DNA of 64,000 nt from the human T2T-CHM13v2.0 reference genome, Homo sapiens, in assembly GCF_009914755.1 (NCBI RefSeq), contig NC_060934.1. One strand, given 5' to 3'. Position numbers and translations under genes: made by a program. How positions within the stretch are numbered: the first letter of the stretch is position 1; the number at the start of each line of letters is the position of its first letter. Below the pieces are notes generated by a model. That model saw only the letters and a program-made list of their open reading frames with translations. It ran no database searches and had not been told where the DNA came from. This document shows positions 34,451-54,633 of the stretch, piece after piece.

Positions 34451-35856
34451 TGATGCATTTCTAATGGTCACCTAGTAATGGTGTACGTGGCTTTTGACTT
34501 AGGAACAAGGGCCAGTTAGAGTCTGTAGGGGGCCCTATGAGGGAATCCAATTGCTGCAGCCAACCTGGAGACCTCAAGGCAGTGAGACTGAAGTGGGGAA
34601 AATGAAAGAAAATGAGTCGACTGACAGAAGGGGTTTTGCTTAAGAGCATGGGTATAGAAGAAGGAACTGCTTTTCAATACTCAAGTAGAAAAAACATCAC
34701 ATTTCCTTATTTTTGTAAATTATATCAGATATGGCTCTGAGCTTCCACTTTCCAAGATCAATAAAAATCTAATACTGTTTTTCCCTCCACTCCCCGCTAT
34801 GGCAAATAAGTCTCTTCCCTTCTCTGAGGTTGTGCCAAAACCCAGGAAAAATAGAGGGAGGTAGCCTGGGCCTGGGTGGCCTTGGTCACTACTAAGCGAG
34901 TCATTGCCCAGACCCACCTTGCCCTCTGTCCTCAGCAAACCCTCCTCACTCCCCTCTAGTTAGTTAACCTCTTCCCAAATACTTTTTGCATATCCACTTA
35001 TCCTCACTGACAATCTAGCCAGATTATTTTAATTAGCCTCCTTCTTCCTCCCAAAAAATGCCTATTTGGTCAGTCTCCCTGGCACCCTGCAGTCAGATAA
35101 ACAAATCAACATCAAACACATAAACAGTCAGTGAACTGCATCCCTGGAGTGAAAGAACCCCAAATTCTAGAACACAAAACTGGTCTGCTCTCGGGGAAAA
35201 TCACCCTTCACTTTCTTTTTTCCTGTGATGAATCTTTGAAAGGAAAAATTCCCAAGAGACCAGCCTATTTCTTGATGATTCACCCAGTTATATGAATTTG
35301 AAGCCTCCTAAGCCTCAGCCTCCAGAGTAGCTGGGACTGCAGGCGTGCACCACCATGCCTGGCTCATTTTTGTACTTTTAGTAGAGACGGGGTTTCACCA
35401 TGTTGGCCAGGCTGGCCTCGAACTCCTGACCTCAGGTGATCCGCCTGCCTCAGCCTCCCAAAGGGTTGAGATTACAGGCGTAAGTCACTGTGCCTGGCCT
35501 GATTTTGAACTCAAAGTTGTTTTGCAATTGTACTTTTTAATTGGAAGCACATTCTCTCCAGTTTTTGTGTTTTATTGGCCATAAGTCTCTGTTCCTGGCA
35601 CTGTGCACATGTAGAAGGCAATGATAAACAATGTCATGTGAATAAAACAGCGGCTTTGCACAATTTCAAACCTCTTCTGAGTCTTCAAGAACATCTGAAT
35701 TACACCCACCACTCACTGTCAGAAGACCCTCTTTATTTTCTACCTTATTTCGTTTTTTGCTTTCTTATTTCTGTAATACCTTGCATCTCTTATGCAGAAG
35801 CCCTGTGAATATCTGCTTTTGAGCATCACATATTGTGAATGAGAATTATGAGATAG

Positions 35857-36024
<168 letters not shown>

Positions 36025-36234
36025 TAAAAAATTTTTCTGTAGAGATGAGGTCTCACTATGTTGCCCAGGCTGGTCTCAAACTTCTGGCCTCAAGGGCTTC
36101 TCCTCTCTTGGCCTCTCAAACTGCTGGGATTACAGGTGTGAGCCACTGTGTCCAGCCTGGCTTTTATATTTATGTATGCTTTACGTCTGTGTGTGTGCAT
36201 CTGTATCTATATATTTATCCATGTATCTATCTCC

Positions 36235-36400
36235 AAATGGGTTCCTTTGGGCAAGTTATTAACTTCTCTGTGTCTTCCTTTCCTCATCTGTAAAATGGAA
36301 ATAATGGAACCTACGCCATAAGGTGTTTGAGAGGATTAAATGAGTCGACAAAAGCATTTTGAAGAGTGCTTAACATGTAATAAGCTCTCAGTACATGTTA
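36235..36400. mobile_element. MIR SINE
   Basis: ttgggcaagttattaacttctctgtg...tttcctcatctgtaaaatgg MIR core. Confidence 0.75.
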
Positions 36401-37468
36401 GGTATGAAATAGACAACACATACTCTATAATATGTTGTCCTTGGTAAACTATCTAAGGTGATTGTGGAGAAAGTTGTTAGCTAAAAATGTTAAGTACAAT
36501 TTAGAGGTTGAAGAGTGTCTGGAGAAATATTATCTGTGATACTAAGCTAGGGCCATCTGTCCAGGCAGAACGCCAGAGTGGGGAGAAGGCGGGTGGGGAG
36601 GTCCCATGAACAGATAGTGAAGACAAAAACCCCACCCTGAGTGGAGTTCCAACAGCCGGGAGCAATGTTCCAGGTCTCTTGCTGTCCCTTCTTACAGCAA
36701 GACAATGCCCAGCTAAGATGGTAAAACTATAAAACATATTGCCCCAAGAGGAAGTGGCTTAATGTCCCCTCCTCTTTGTAATTCCCCTACTGCCATCATC
36801 CTCCTAAGAGCACAGCGTGGCCTCTTGCCCACCAGTCTCTTCCCTCACCTCACCAAAGATTGGTTGCCCTTTCTCTTCCATCTCCAAACCCTTCTCTACC
36901 TTCCTTACCTCCTGGTAAGAACCTGGGAGAAGGAAAATCTTTAAAGAGCTTTCTGCCTTCACCTTTGTTTTTTGGTTCATCTCTTAGTGATCTCAGGATA
37001 AAATGAAAGGGAAGAGTGATAGAACCTCAGGGTTTAAAAAATGTAAACCCAAGATGTATCTGGGAATTGCAAACCCAAATGCCTACAGGGTACAGGCCAC
37101 AGGGTCGGGGGCACCAGACAAGAGGGAGTGGGCTGCCAGCTCTGGTAGAGTATAAGAGAGCAATGCATGTCTACTACGCTCATATTTTTAGTTTGGTTTT
37201 TTGTTTTGTTTTGAGATAGGGTCTTGCTCTGTCACACAGGCTGGAGTACAGTGGCGTGATCATAGCGCTTTGCAGCCTCTACCTCCTGGGTTTACATGAT
37301 CCTCTTGACTCAGCCTTCCAAGTAGCTGGGACTACAGGAGCACGCCACCTCACCAGGCTAATTTTTGTGTTTTTGCAGAGACCAGATTTTGCCATGTTGC
37401 CCAGGCTGGTGCCGAACTCTTGGGCTCAAGCAATTCTCCCTTCTTGGCCTCCCAAAGTGTTGGGATTA

Positions 37469-37765
<297 letters not shown>

Positions 37766-38098
37766 TCAGGAGGCCGAGGGAGGAGAATTGCTTGAACCTG
37801 GGAGGCAGAGGTTGCAGTGAGCCAGGAGATCACACCACTGCACTTCCAGCCTGGGCAACAGTGAGACTCTGTCTCAAAAGAAAAAAAAAGAAAAGAAAGA
37901 AAAAGAAAAAAATCAAAATCCCATGCAAGTCAAAGTCAAGCCATAGCCTTTGCGACATCTGATTCATAGCAATCGTCTTTTAGCCCTGGCAACTATTAGT
38001 AAGTGTTTCTGTTCCCCTACCGTGTTAGAAAATCAGAAATATTTAATTTACTTGAAATGAATTTGGTTCATGAATTTCATTTTATTTTATTTTCCTAT

Positions 38099-38129
<31 letters not shown>

Positions 38130-40599
38130 TTTTGAGGCAGAGTCTCACTCTGTTGCCCAGGCTGGAGTGCAGTGGTACGATCTCGGCTCACTACAGCCTC
38201 CACCTCCTGGGTTCAAGTGATTTTCCTGCCTCGGCCTCCTGAGTAGCTGGGACTACAGAAGCACGCCAAGACGTCCGGCTAATTTTTGTATTTTTAGTAG
38301 AGACGGGGTTTCACCATGTTGGCCAGGCTGGTCTCGAGCTCCTGACCTCAAGTGATCCACCTGCCTCAGCCTCCCAAAGTGCTAGGATTACAGGCATGAA
38401 CCACCAGGCCCAGCCTATTTTTTTAAATTGACAAATAATTATTTATTAGTTCTTTCAAGAGTCCTTGACCTAAAATGTTAAAAATAAAATATCTACAAGG
38501 TATAACATTTTATAGATGTTATAATTTTTTAAATGTAAAAATTTATAGGCTTCTAAGTTGAACCATAAACTATTTATGAATCTAAAACTATTTTATTTGC
38601 TTCTCTGGAGTTAGAGTCATTTCTCTCTTTCTTTTTTCGCCAAATTATTTCTCTAGCTGTCATAAACAAAGTATTTTTAAAAAGCCATCCAAGACAGCTG
38701 CTTTAAATAAATAAAATAAAGTAAACAGGCTTCAAAATGAAACTGTTTCCAAAATACATAACCAATACTAGATTTTATCTTTTTAATTTAGTTTAATTAA
38801 AAAACTTTTTAAGAGACAGGGTCTCGCTGTTTTGCCTAGCCATTCTCAAACTCCTGGGCTCAGGTGATCCTCCTATCTCAGCCTCCCAAAAAGTGTTGGG
38901 ATTACAGGCATGAGCCACCGCAGCTGGCTCCAAGCACAGATTTAGAATTTGGATCCTGGTAGACTGAGGTGTCTCAGCTAAGGAAGATTGTTAGACCCAA
39001 AAGAAGGTTCATTTATTTCAGAAACTCTCTCTACATGCTCTCCCAAAAGCAATAGGCAAATTTTGTTTACTGATGCAAAGTAAATATGAAAACAAGAGAT
39101 GTGCTTTATGTCTTGTGATTTAATTTAAATGGCCTTGAGAGGAGAAAATGTGCCACTCTAAACCCTTCCTCCTTCTTGCTGGTTGGAATGCAGCCATAAT
39201 GACTGGAGCCCCAGCAGTCACACTGGACCATGAGGATTCTTGAAAATGGAAGCCACAAGCCATCCATAGAGTAGGAACAAGATGGAAAGAGGGTGAGTCC
39301 CTGACACCAGAAGAACCAAACCAGCCTGGTCTGTCTTTCTTTGAATTTATTGAATGTGAAGGAGAACATCTATGTTGTTTGTCATTATTTTTGTTTTTTT
39401 GGTTTTTCTCTAACAACTAATTTTTTTTCTTTTTCTTTTTAAGAGACAGAGCCTCCCTATGTTGCCCAGGCTGGTCTTGAACTCCTGGGCTCAAGGGATC
39501 CTCCCCACCTTGGCCTCCCAACATGCTGGGATTACATGGCATGAACCACCACGCCAGGCCCTAACAACTAAATTTTCTCCTGACAATATGTCTAAAAAGA
39601 GAAAATACATTTTCAATAGGCTTGGATTTTTTTCCCTTGTAGATTTCTTTTGTGTTAGCTATAGTGTTTTCATTTTCTTGCTGGAAGGAAAGACATATAG
39701 TATATTGTTTATTTTCATCAATTTTAACATACTAGTAAGCCTATCCCCACATCTTCATTACATTTTTGTGATTTAAAACAAATTTCATTATATTACATTT
39801 ATATAGAACACACAGTGATATTATATTTTTAAAGAGAAAGTTTATTATTGTAAGAAACTTAAAGTTATAATGTAATAGAAAGAACATTCATAAAGTTATA
39901 ATGCATACAAGATTATTCTAAGAATTACATTATTAAAAACATATTCATATTGGGCATTTCTTCATTTAACCTGGTGAGTCTGATTTTAAAGGGAAATTCT
40001 GGCTAGTCATATTATCTACCTGGTCTAATTGATAAATTTTTATGGTTTAGGTCTTTGAGGCAATGGCTGGTTGTATTACTGGTTTCTGACCTTCAATTTC
40101 CAGAGCAGATCTCTGTGGCTTTTGAAAAACACTATCTTATTAACTGGATATATTTACTCAACCGTCTGTACTCTCTAACTTAGTAACACTGATACATAAA
40201 GTCCTCCTGACTTTTTCATCATTTCTGTAGAGAATTTCTTATCTCCAGATTTTCTGAAGCAGACAAAAACATACTTATGAGCTACATAATTTGCAAGGCC
40301 CAGTGCAGAAATGAAAACATGAGGTCCCTTGTTCAAAATTCCTAAGAATTTTAGTGTGGTAACAGCAGAGCATCAAACCAAGTTCAGGGCCCTTCTAAGC
40401 AATGACGGCCTGTGTCACATGCCCAGGCCACATGCCCATCAACCCAGCCTTGGGTAGATCCTAAATTGAATCAGCTCCCACATTAATCAGCTGATAGGAG
40501 AAGATACAAGCCATTTCTAGTTGTCAGTATTATTTACCTCAGTCTCTGCTATTCCTTTACACACAAAGTCCAGCATTCAATCCAAATTTTAAGAGAGCC

Positions 40600-43480
<2,881 letters not shown>

Positions 43481-43983
43481 GTAGCCAGACTTTTTATTTA
43501 TTTTTAAATGAACACCAGTGCCACTTGCCAATCCCAGACTATTTTCTCAAATGACATAAGACACAAATTAAAAATAAAATGAGTTAAAGAATGGACAGAA
43601 AGCAGTTTGGGGTCCTAATGGTCATTGAAAGCAGGTTGGGCCATAGCCTTTCTCTCTTTTTATAGGTATAAAAGTGAAGGAATGATAAAATAAAACACAA
43701 CAAATTACATATTTTGACAAGTTTGCAAATAACACAAATATTACATAATTTAGAAAAATAATATGTTAAAAATTAATTGTTTAACATACTTCTATAATGT
43801 TTTCAGCTGCATTTATTATTATTATTATTATTTTGAGACAGCGTCTTGCTCTGTTGCCGAGGCTGCAGTGCAATGGCATGATCTTAGCTCACTGTAACCT
43901 CTGCCTCTTGGGTTCAAGTGATTCTTGCGCCTCAGCCTCCTGAGTAGTTGGGATTACAGGCATGAGCCACTATGCATGACTAA

Positions 43984-44145
<162 letters not shown>

Positions 44146-44835
44146 TAAGATCGCTTTCCATAGAGAGGTCAGAAAGATAATTTGATATTCACAGAAGCCA
44201 ACCTGTGGCCATTCCAACCACATCTGACAAAAACCAGAGGCAGAGAATTTGCGACATTAATTAGTCTACTACTTCTATTGTTTCTGATATTACCATACAC
44301 TAGCGTCACTGTTGAAAATAATTTTGGCATGGCCTGATACATCTCTGTCCATTACTGTAGTGATGCCCCTGGTGATTTCCCGTCCAAGAATTTAATGAAG
44401 TTTCACTCAAGTTCAGTCACATTCAATCATTCTTCCTGTGCCAGATATTGACTGTTGGTATTAAGTCCCATAGTAGTCCTTCCATATACTCTCTGTTACT
44501 GCTCAGTCTAGAAGTCTGAAAACTACATTTCCTAATCTCTCTTACCAATTAAGTCCAGGTGATTTTGTTCAATAACACAAAATTATAAGTAGGAAGAATG
44601 CAAAAGCCATTTTACTCCTGGCAACAGATTTAGAAGGATCATAGAGTTCCAGGATCCTCAACATCAGTAGGAATATCACCTCCCTGGTAGCAGAGGTGGC
44701 CGTAACAGCAGCCATAGCAGCAAGTATGTGCTCATAGGCTCTGGTAATAATACCTTTTGTAACTCAAACTCTGGGGGCAGTAGGGACTTCCTTTAGACAC
44801 TGATCTGTAGGTAACCCCACCTTTTGCTCTGCTAA

Positions 44836-45396
<561 letters not shown>

Positions 45397-46690
45397 TGAT
45401 GTATTTTTCCATCAGCACACCTCATTGGGATCATCTTCATATATTAGAGAAATTCTATACACATTGAGCCTCACAAAGGAAGGTGTCTGGGTATCAGATT
45501 CTCTCTTCCCAGGAAGTGCCTTTGGAAATTTACTTACTGCCTACTGAGAAGCCCTGCAAGCTGAAAGGTCAGTTCTGGAAGGGTGGCCTTTCCATTGATT
45601 AAAGCTCTTGTTACACGCTTTCCTCAGGGGCAGAGTTGCTTCACTGCTGCACATTTGCATAACGAAGGGGCCAGTACTCATAATGGGGATAAGAAGCTGT
45701 GTTTTATGGTAACGAGGAATATCCATCCCGATAGAGAAGAGATTGGGACCCAGGATTAAATAAATGTAAATTCCACCTTCCCAGATACACTGCTAAATAA
45801 GGGGAAAAAATAAATTTTGAGTTCAAAGACATTTCTTTCCACTATTCACCAACCATTGTAATCTAGAGACTTGTGTTCTAGAAGGGGAGCTTGCTAAACA
45901 GATTTCCACAAGCAGAAGCTAAATGTGATAAACGCAGATTTCAGTTTGCTGTAAAGAGAACAGTTTTGCACTAAAGTCGGGGCTGAAGAGTATCCTTGTC
46001 TCTTTAGTAATCAAATAAAAACAGTTCAGTAATTAGTGACAGACTTTGAACTTAAACAAGTTAATTAAGAACTGTGGGTTGATATGTCTGTTTTATAAGA
46101 ATTATATTTAGAAAATAATTAATGTGCTTTTCTCTTTTGTCTTCCTGAGACCTCAGTCTTTATTTTTGTTGGCCTGGGGCATCTACCTGTTTTGTGGGGA
46201 GTGATGAGTTTAGGATTGTTATAGAGAAACGCAAAGAAAGGACTAAACTCTTAAAGATCATTGATTCGAAAACATATGTTAACCCTCACATTTAGCATTT
46301 CTAAGTCAGATGTGTCTTACAGCCTACAGTGTGTCACAGTTTTAGTGGTGATGCTCTTTTCCCCTTTATTTCCTAGGAGTAAATAAAATCATGGTGAATC
46401 TTATAGCAATGTAGATTTAATGAAACACTTCTGATACTCAAATAGCGTTGACGTTTTAAATTAAGATCTGCTTTACATGAGTTTTGACAAATGCAAACAC
46501 CCTTTCCTCTATCAAGTCATAAGATAGTTCCTTTTCCTCAGAAAGATCCCTGGTGTCCCTTTACAGTCAATTCCTACACTACCCTCTGTCCCTGGCAAAC
46601 ATTGTTCTATTTTTTTTTTTTTTTTTGTCACAGATGAGTTTTCCTACTCTAAAGTCACAGAAACAGAATTGTATGGTGCATGATCTCTCA

Positions 46691-47050
<360 letters not shown>

Positions 47051-47406
47051 TCACTGCACTCCAACCTAGGCAACAGAGTGAAATAGTGTCTTAAAAAAAA
47101 AGAATATGTAATTTGTTGATGGATATTTGGGTTGTTTACTGTTTTTGGCAATAATAAATAAAGCTGTGATGAACATTTTCATACAAATATATATATATAT
47201 ACATATATATACACAAATATATATATACACACACATTTTAATTTATCCTAAAACTTTTCTAGGAGAAGCATGACTGGATCATCTAGTAGGGGCATATTTA
47301 AAATAGGATTTTGAAGCAAAACAATCAATAGTCTTCTCAGCCAGATTACTTTCTCCAGAGAGAATGGTCACTAATGTCCCTCTAGCATATCAAGGGTCAG
47401 GTTTGA

Positions 47407-47734
<328 letters not shown>

Positions 47735-49562
47735 TAATTTTAAATGATTAACCGTCCTTATGAGAAGTCCAGACCTCAGCATCATGCAACGTAATCACGT
47801 AACACATCTGCACATGCACCCCCAAATCTAAAATAGAAATTAAAAAATAAAATGATAACCCTGAGACATCTCTGGGCAGGGAAACTACTGGAGAAGAGGA
47901 AAGAAAAGCCTGTGAGTCCCACAGTTGTGGTTCGTGGAGGAGAGATGCCGTTTGATTCTTCTGGGTAGAGTGGGCAGACGGTCCTTGCAGGACCTGGGGG
48001 GAGACGCATATTTGAGAGTCCCGACCCGTCATTTCCCCTTCCAAACCCCTGATCTGCCTGGGGCTCTTGACTGAACCGTATCCACTCTGTGTCTTTCCCC
48101 TTGTCTACTTCAGTAATTTCTCAGGTGAATTATTAATTCAGTCAGAGTTTGGTTCAAAACCCTCCTTAGGATTTCATTCCCCTCTTCCTTGGAGAGCTAC
48201 TGTTAGGGGTCCGCACCCAGGGAGCCCTGTGGGGAGGGGGCCCGGCTTGGTTACGATGGGCCACACACGGGAGGCGGGCTGGGGTCCCTCCATTTCTGTC
48301 CCTGGTGTCTGCAGGTGCTGAGGATTCCCAGTGGGTGGCACCTGTAGATCCCGGGTGCCCGTTCAGTTCCTGGCAGGGACACCTGCCTGCAGCTCTGGCC
48401 CCAGCTGCCTGCGGGTCTGCAGGGGATCGGTGGGGAGCCAGGCCCCTCCCTTGTTAATACCTGGGAGGTGTGCCTGCTCAGGCTCTCAGTTCGCCATCCC
48501 TCACCAGTTGGAAGTGCAGGGACATTTGGATCTCGTTCAGGCCACGTTTGCCCGAGGGATCCTCAGAGGGCTGTCTGAAGCTTTCTCCAGCTTTTCCTCC
48601 TTCCCGTGGGCAGGACTTGTATTCCTGGCTGCTGCTTCCAAAACGCAGCCGGACTGCCCTAGGCTTTTGGGCATCACAACTGAATGGATTCTGCCTATTA
48701 GAACCTACCCTTCCTCCACAAATTGCCAAGCAGCAAGAAGCACAGAGTTGGGGCACAGACTTCGCCATCTCTGTTTTCCTTTTCTCTTCCTTCACAGTGA
48801 CAGCAGAGAGCGGCCTGGGTGGGAAGGAAACCAGTTCTCCTGCCTGTCTCCCGTTTCCCCACCTTTTGGGCTTTGCACCTGGTGGAGTGTTCCTGGCCCC
48901 CAACAGAGGAGCACCTGGTGACTTTGTTCTCACAAGTCCGCCTGGAAGCGTTGCATGGGAACAGAGCACACGGTGTGGAGCCTTAATGTGGGAACTCTGC
49001 CACACTGTAACACTTTACACGCCATTTTGTCCCAACGGCAATGGAGCCTCCTGTGTCTAGGGTTTCCTTAAGGCGTGCCGTTAAATATTCGTAAAATGAA
49101 CACATGAAGAGCCTAGAGTCCAGAGGTCCTAGCAGATGGTGTTACATCCTCATCGTGAGGCACGTGGACGGGGGTTTCCGACCACCTGCGTTCACCCCTA
49201 GAATTGGGATTGATCTGGGCACCTCTGGGAAACATATGGGACAGGACCCGTGACTCTAGTTGCATTTTTGGAGGAGTGAGGCTGGGGGAGAAGAATAGGG
49301 AGGAACGCAGAGGACATCCTGGTACCTGTCTCAGAGATTCTTCCATGGGTCTGTGTCAAAACCTTGTGGAAAGCAAAGCTGGTGGCAGAAGCCGGGGATG
49401 CAGGATTCACAAAGGATTCTGTGAGACACTAGGACACAGTAACTTGTCTTAGTGCCCAGGTGATAAAATACGACATATAATGGGAAGGAGGAGTGTGTTC
49501 CCCTCCCATAGGCGGAGCCCAGGAAGGCTGCCTTGCAGGATGCTGTGGACTCCTAAAAATAT

Positions 49563-49572
49563 CTGAAGGAGA

Positions 49573-49613
<41 letters not shown>

Positions 49614-49657
49614 CACCAAGAGTGCAGTCTCATCTGAACCTACAAGCTCTGAAGGAG

Positions 49658-49697
<40 letters not shown>

Positions 49698-49752
49698 ACA
49701 GGTTATTACCAAGAACATGGCCTCACCTGAGTCTGCAGGCTCTGAAGGAGAC

Positions 49753-49796
<44 letters not shown>

Positions 49797-49842
49797 CACC
49801 AAGACTGCAGTCTCATCTGAACCTGCAGGCTCTGAAGGAGAC

Positions 49843-49886
<44 letters not shown>

Positions 49887-49941
49887 ACAGGTTATTACCA
49901 AGAACATGGCCTCACCTGAGTCTGCAGGCTCTGAAGGAGAC

Positions 49942-49981
<40 letters not shown>

Positions 49982-50027
49982 CACCAAGACTGCAGTCTCA
50001 TCTGAACCTGCAGGCTCTGAAGGAGAC

Positions 50028-50076
<49 letters not shown>

Positions 50077-50191
50077 TTTACAGGTTATTACCAAGAACAC
50101 GGCGTCACCTTAGTCTGCAGGCTCTGAAGGAGATCGTGTGTGTATGTACGGGTTATTACCAAGAGCACAGTTTCATCTGGACCTGCAGGCT
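49563..50191. repeat. Composite minisatellite: 7 units of about 68-107 bp, each CTGAAGGAGA-(TG)n-tail, alternating A/B tails
   Basis: Unit starts 49563, 49649, 49742, 49832, 49931, 50017, 50124. Confidence 0.95.
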
Positions 50192-51210
50192 GGTGAGGCC
50201 AGGAGAGATTCACTCAGGGGACAGTCCAAAAAACAGAACCTGGCTAGGAATTTCAAACAGGTAATTTTTTGAGAAAGAGTTTTATTGGGGGTTTAGTGAA
50301 CATTGAAAAACTGCACATATTCGAAGTACACAGTTTGGTAAGTTTTGGCATGAGTACACACCCCTAAAACCACAATCAAGATAATGTTCCTTTGTCATCT
50401 TCCCCTGACAGTGTTTGATCTGCTTTCTGTCACTATAGGGCAGTTGGGATTTTCTAGAAATTTATATAAATGGAGTCAAACAGTGTATAACCTGATTATT
50501 GCTGACAATCCTTGGTGTTCCTCAGCTCGTGGCATCAAGCTCCAACCTCTCCAGCGGGGCGCAGTGGCTCACTTCTCTAACCCAGCACTTTGGGAGGCCA
50601 AGGCAAGTGGATTACTTGAGACCGGGAGTCTGAAACCAGCCTGAGAAATATGGCAAAACCCGGTCTCTACTCAAAAAAATACAAAAATTAGCCAGGTGTC
50701 GTGGCATACACGTCTAATCTCAGCAACTTGGGCGGCTGAGGCATGAGAATCTCTTCAGCCCGGGAGGCAGAGGCTGCAGTGAGCAGAGATGGTGCCACCG
50801 TACTCCAGCCTAAGTGACAGAGTGAGACTCTGTCTCAAAAAAAAAAAAAATCCTCCAATCTCTGACTCTGTCTTCACCTGGCTGTCTTCCCTCTGTGTGG
50901 GTCTGCGTCCAGATTTCCCTCTTCTTATGAGAACACCAGTCATATTGGGTTTAAGGTCCACCCTAATCTGGTATGACTTCATCTTAACTTGTTACATTTC
51001 CAAAGATTCTATTTTCAAACAAGGCCACATTTGTCGGTTCCAAGTAGGCATGAATTCTGGGGAGACATTATTCAACCCAGTGAAATTTTAGCCGAGTCCT
51101 TTAATATTTATTGGCATGTAAGCCTGCTGGTTATGAAGTCTTTCAACTTTTATATGTCTAAAAATACTTATTTCATCTTCATTTTTGAAGGCTATTTTCC
51201 CTGCATATAG

Positions 51211-51411
<201 letters not shown>

Positions 51412-51526
51412 TGAGTAGTTGGGATTACAGGGATGTGCCACCATGCCTGGCTAATTTTTGTATTTTTAGTAAAGACAAGATTTCACCATGTTGGCCAGGC
51501 TAGTCTCAACTCCTGACCTCGAGTGA

Positions 51527-51664
<138 letters not shown>

Positions 51665-52040
51665 TAGGAGTGAGGTCTGTGGCTTGGGCCTTACGAAATC
51701 AGAATCATCTCACATCTTCTGGTCACAGTGCAGGAGTAGATATGAGACCTAGTTTGAGTCAACAAGACTGGAGAAGACATTTGCTGGAAGCTCCAACGAG
51801 GGAACCTTATGTCTTTTCTTATTTCTAGATGTGATAATCTGATATTAATTCTGGAATAGCTACAACCTGTTGGCTATCACGAGGCTAAGCTGGTCTTTGA
51901 ATAAATTTGACATCATTGGAGACAGAAAAGAGAGAAGAAAAAATACCCATAACCAGGTTCTTGATAAGGTTGCTGAGCCATGCAGGAAGCACCACTGGAG
52001 GGTACACAGTTATGAGAGACAGTGGGTTTTCATTTTCTAT

Positions 52041-52697
<657 letters not shown>

Positions 52698-53273
52698 ATT
52701 TACAATTTAGTTTCGAGTGATGCATTTGCTGATATGGTGCTTGATAATCCTACTGCCCTGAGATAACAGATTTCTTTTCATCCTTACCTTCATATCAATA
52801 GGCTAGCTCTGAAGGTATGTTCATCAACATCGTAGAAGAAGAGGACACGTGTTTCGCACTGCACTCTTTAAGAGGAGAAACGGAAATAACAGGGAAAAGT
52901 TTTTAAAACTTCAGCAGGTTTCCCTTTGCAGTTTCTGACTTAGCCAGAAGACATCAGGCAAAAGGAACATCTCCATGTGAGCCAACATTTCAGAAAGGCT
53001 TCAGGGGTGTTGGAGAATGAATGCAGTGATTTTCTGAAGAAAAGTAGGGGAGTATTCAAATTAATAAAGAGAACCAATGTTATTTTATCTTATCTACTTG
53101 TTTATCTCCTGTAGGGAAATCTTTTTCAGATAATATTTATGGAACAGAAAACATGTATTTACTTGAAACTCTGCTGTCATGTTGAATATTGATTCTGGAG
53201 TCCATTTTCCATTGAAAAGATTTTGATACTAATATGCTATACAAACAGAATTTTGGTGGAGAGGGTGTCTTAG

Positions 53274-53669
<396 letters not shown>

Positions 53670-54080
53670 TAGCTGGGATTACAGGTGTGCGCCACCATGC
53701 CCCGCTGGAGACTGAATCATTTATAAAGAAAAAGTTTTATTTGCCTCACAGTTCTGGTGTCTGGAAAGTTCAAGATTGGGCATCTACACTGGGAAAGGTC
53801 TTAGGCTGCTTCTGCTCCTGGTGGGAGGTGAAGGGGGGCTGTTGTGTGCAGAGGTCACATGGTGAGAGAGGAAGAAAGGGTGGGGGGAGATGCCAGGCTC
53901 TTTTTAACAACCAGCTCTCACGGGAATGAATAGAATGAGCACTCACTCACCCCCCTCACCCAGGGAGGGCAATCATCTATTCATGAAGGATCCACCCTCA
54001 TGACACAAACACCTCTTATTAGGTCTACCTCCAACACTGGGAATCACAGTCCAACATGAGATTTGCTTGGGATAAACAAC

Positions 54081-54633
54081 TGTTAGAGGTGTTTGAACCA
54101 GAGCAACTCCATCTTGAATAGGGGCTGGATAGACTAAGGCTGAGACCTACTGGGCTGCATTCCCACATGGTTAAGGCATTCTAAGTCACAAGATGAGACA
54201 GGAGTTTGGCACAAGATACAGGTCATAAAGACCTTGCTGATAAAACAGGTTGCAGTAAAGAAGCCGGCTAAAACCCACCAAAACCAAAATAGAGACAAGA
54301 GTGACCTCTGGTTGTCCTCACTGCTACACTCCCACCGCTGCCATGACAGTTTACAAATGCCATGGCAACATCGGGAAGTTACCCTATATGGTCTCAAAAG
54401 GGGAGGCATGAATAATCCACCCCTTGTTTAGCGTATCATCAAGGAATAACCATAAAAATAGGTAACCAGCAGCCCTCGGAACTGCTCTGTCTATGGAGTA
54501 GCCATTCTTTTATCCCTTTACTTTCCTAATAAACTTGTTTCACTTTACTTTACAGACTCGTCCTGAATTCTTTTTTGCATGAGATCCAAGAACCCTCTCT
54601 TGTGGTCTGGAGCAGGACCCCTTTGTGGTAACA
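54081..54633 (+). mobile_element. MER41 (A-type) ERV1 solo LTR
   Basis: TGTTAGAGGTGTTTGAACCAGAGCAACTCCATCTTGAATAGGGGCTGG...GTAACA; internal AATAAA. Confidence 0.85.

Noticed and set aside
48331-49060. Overlapping 175-196 aa ORFs on both strands
   Set aside because: No domain similarity I can recognise, several begin at non-ATG codons, and they overlap in multiple frames; kept only as a candidate regulatory region.
49563-50191. CRISPR-like repeat-spacer appearance and poly-(CV) ORFs
   Set aside because: The variable parts are (TG)n microsatellites, not unique spacers; human DNA with no cas genes; the ORFs are repeat translations.
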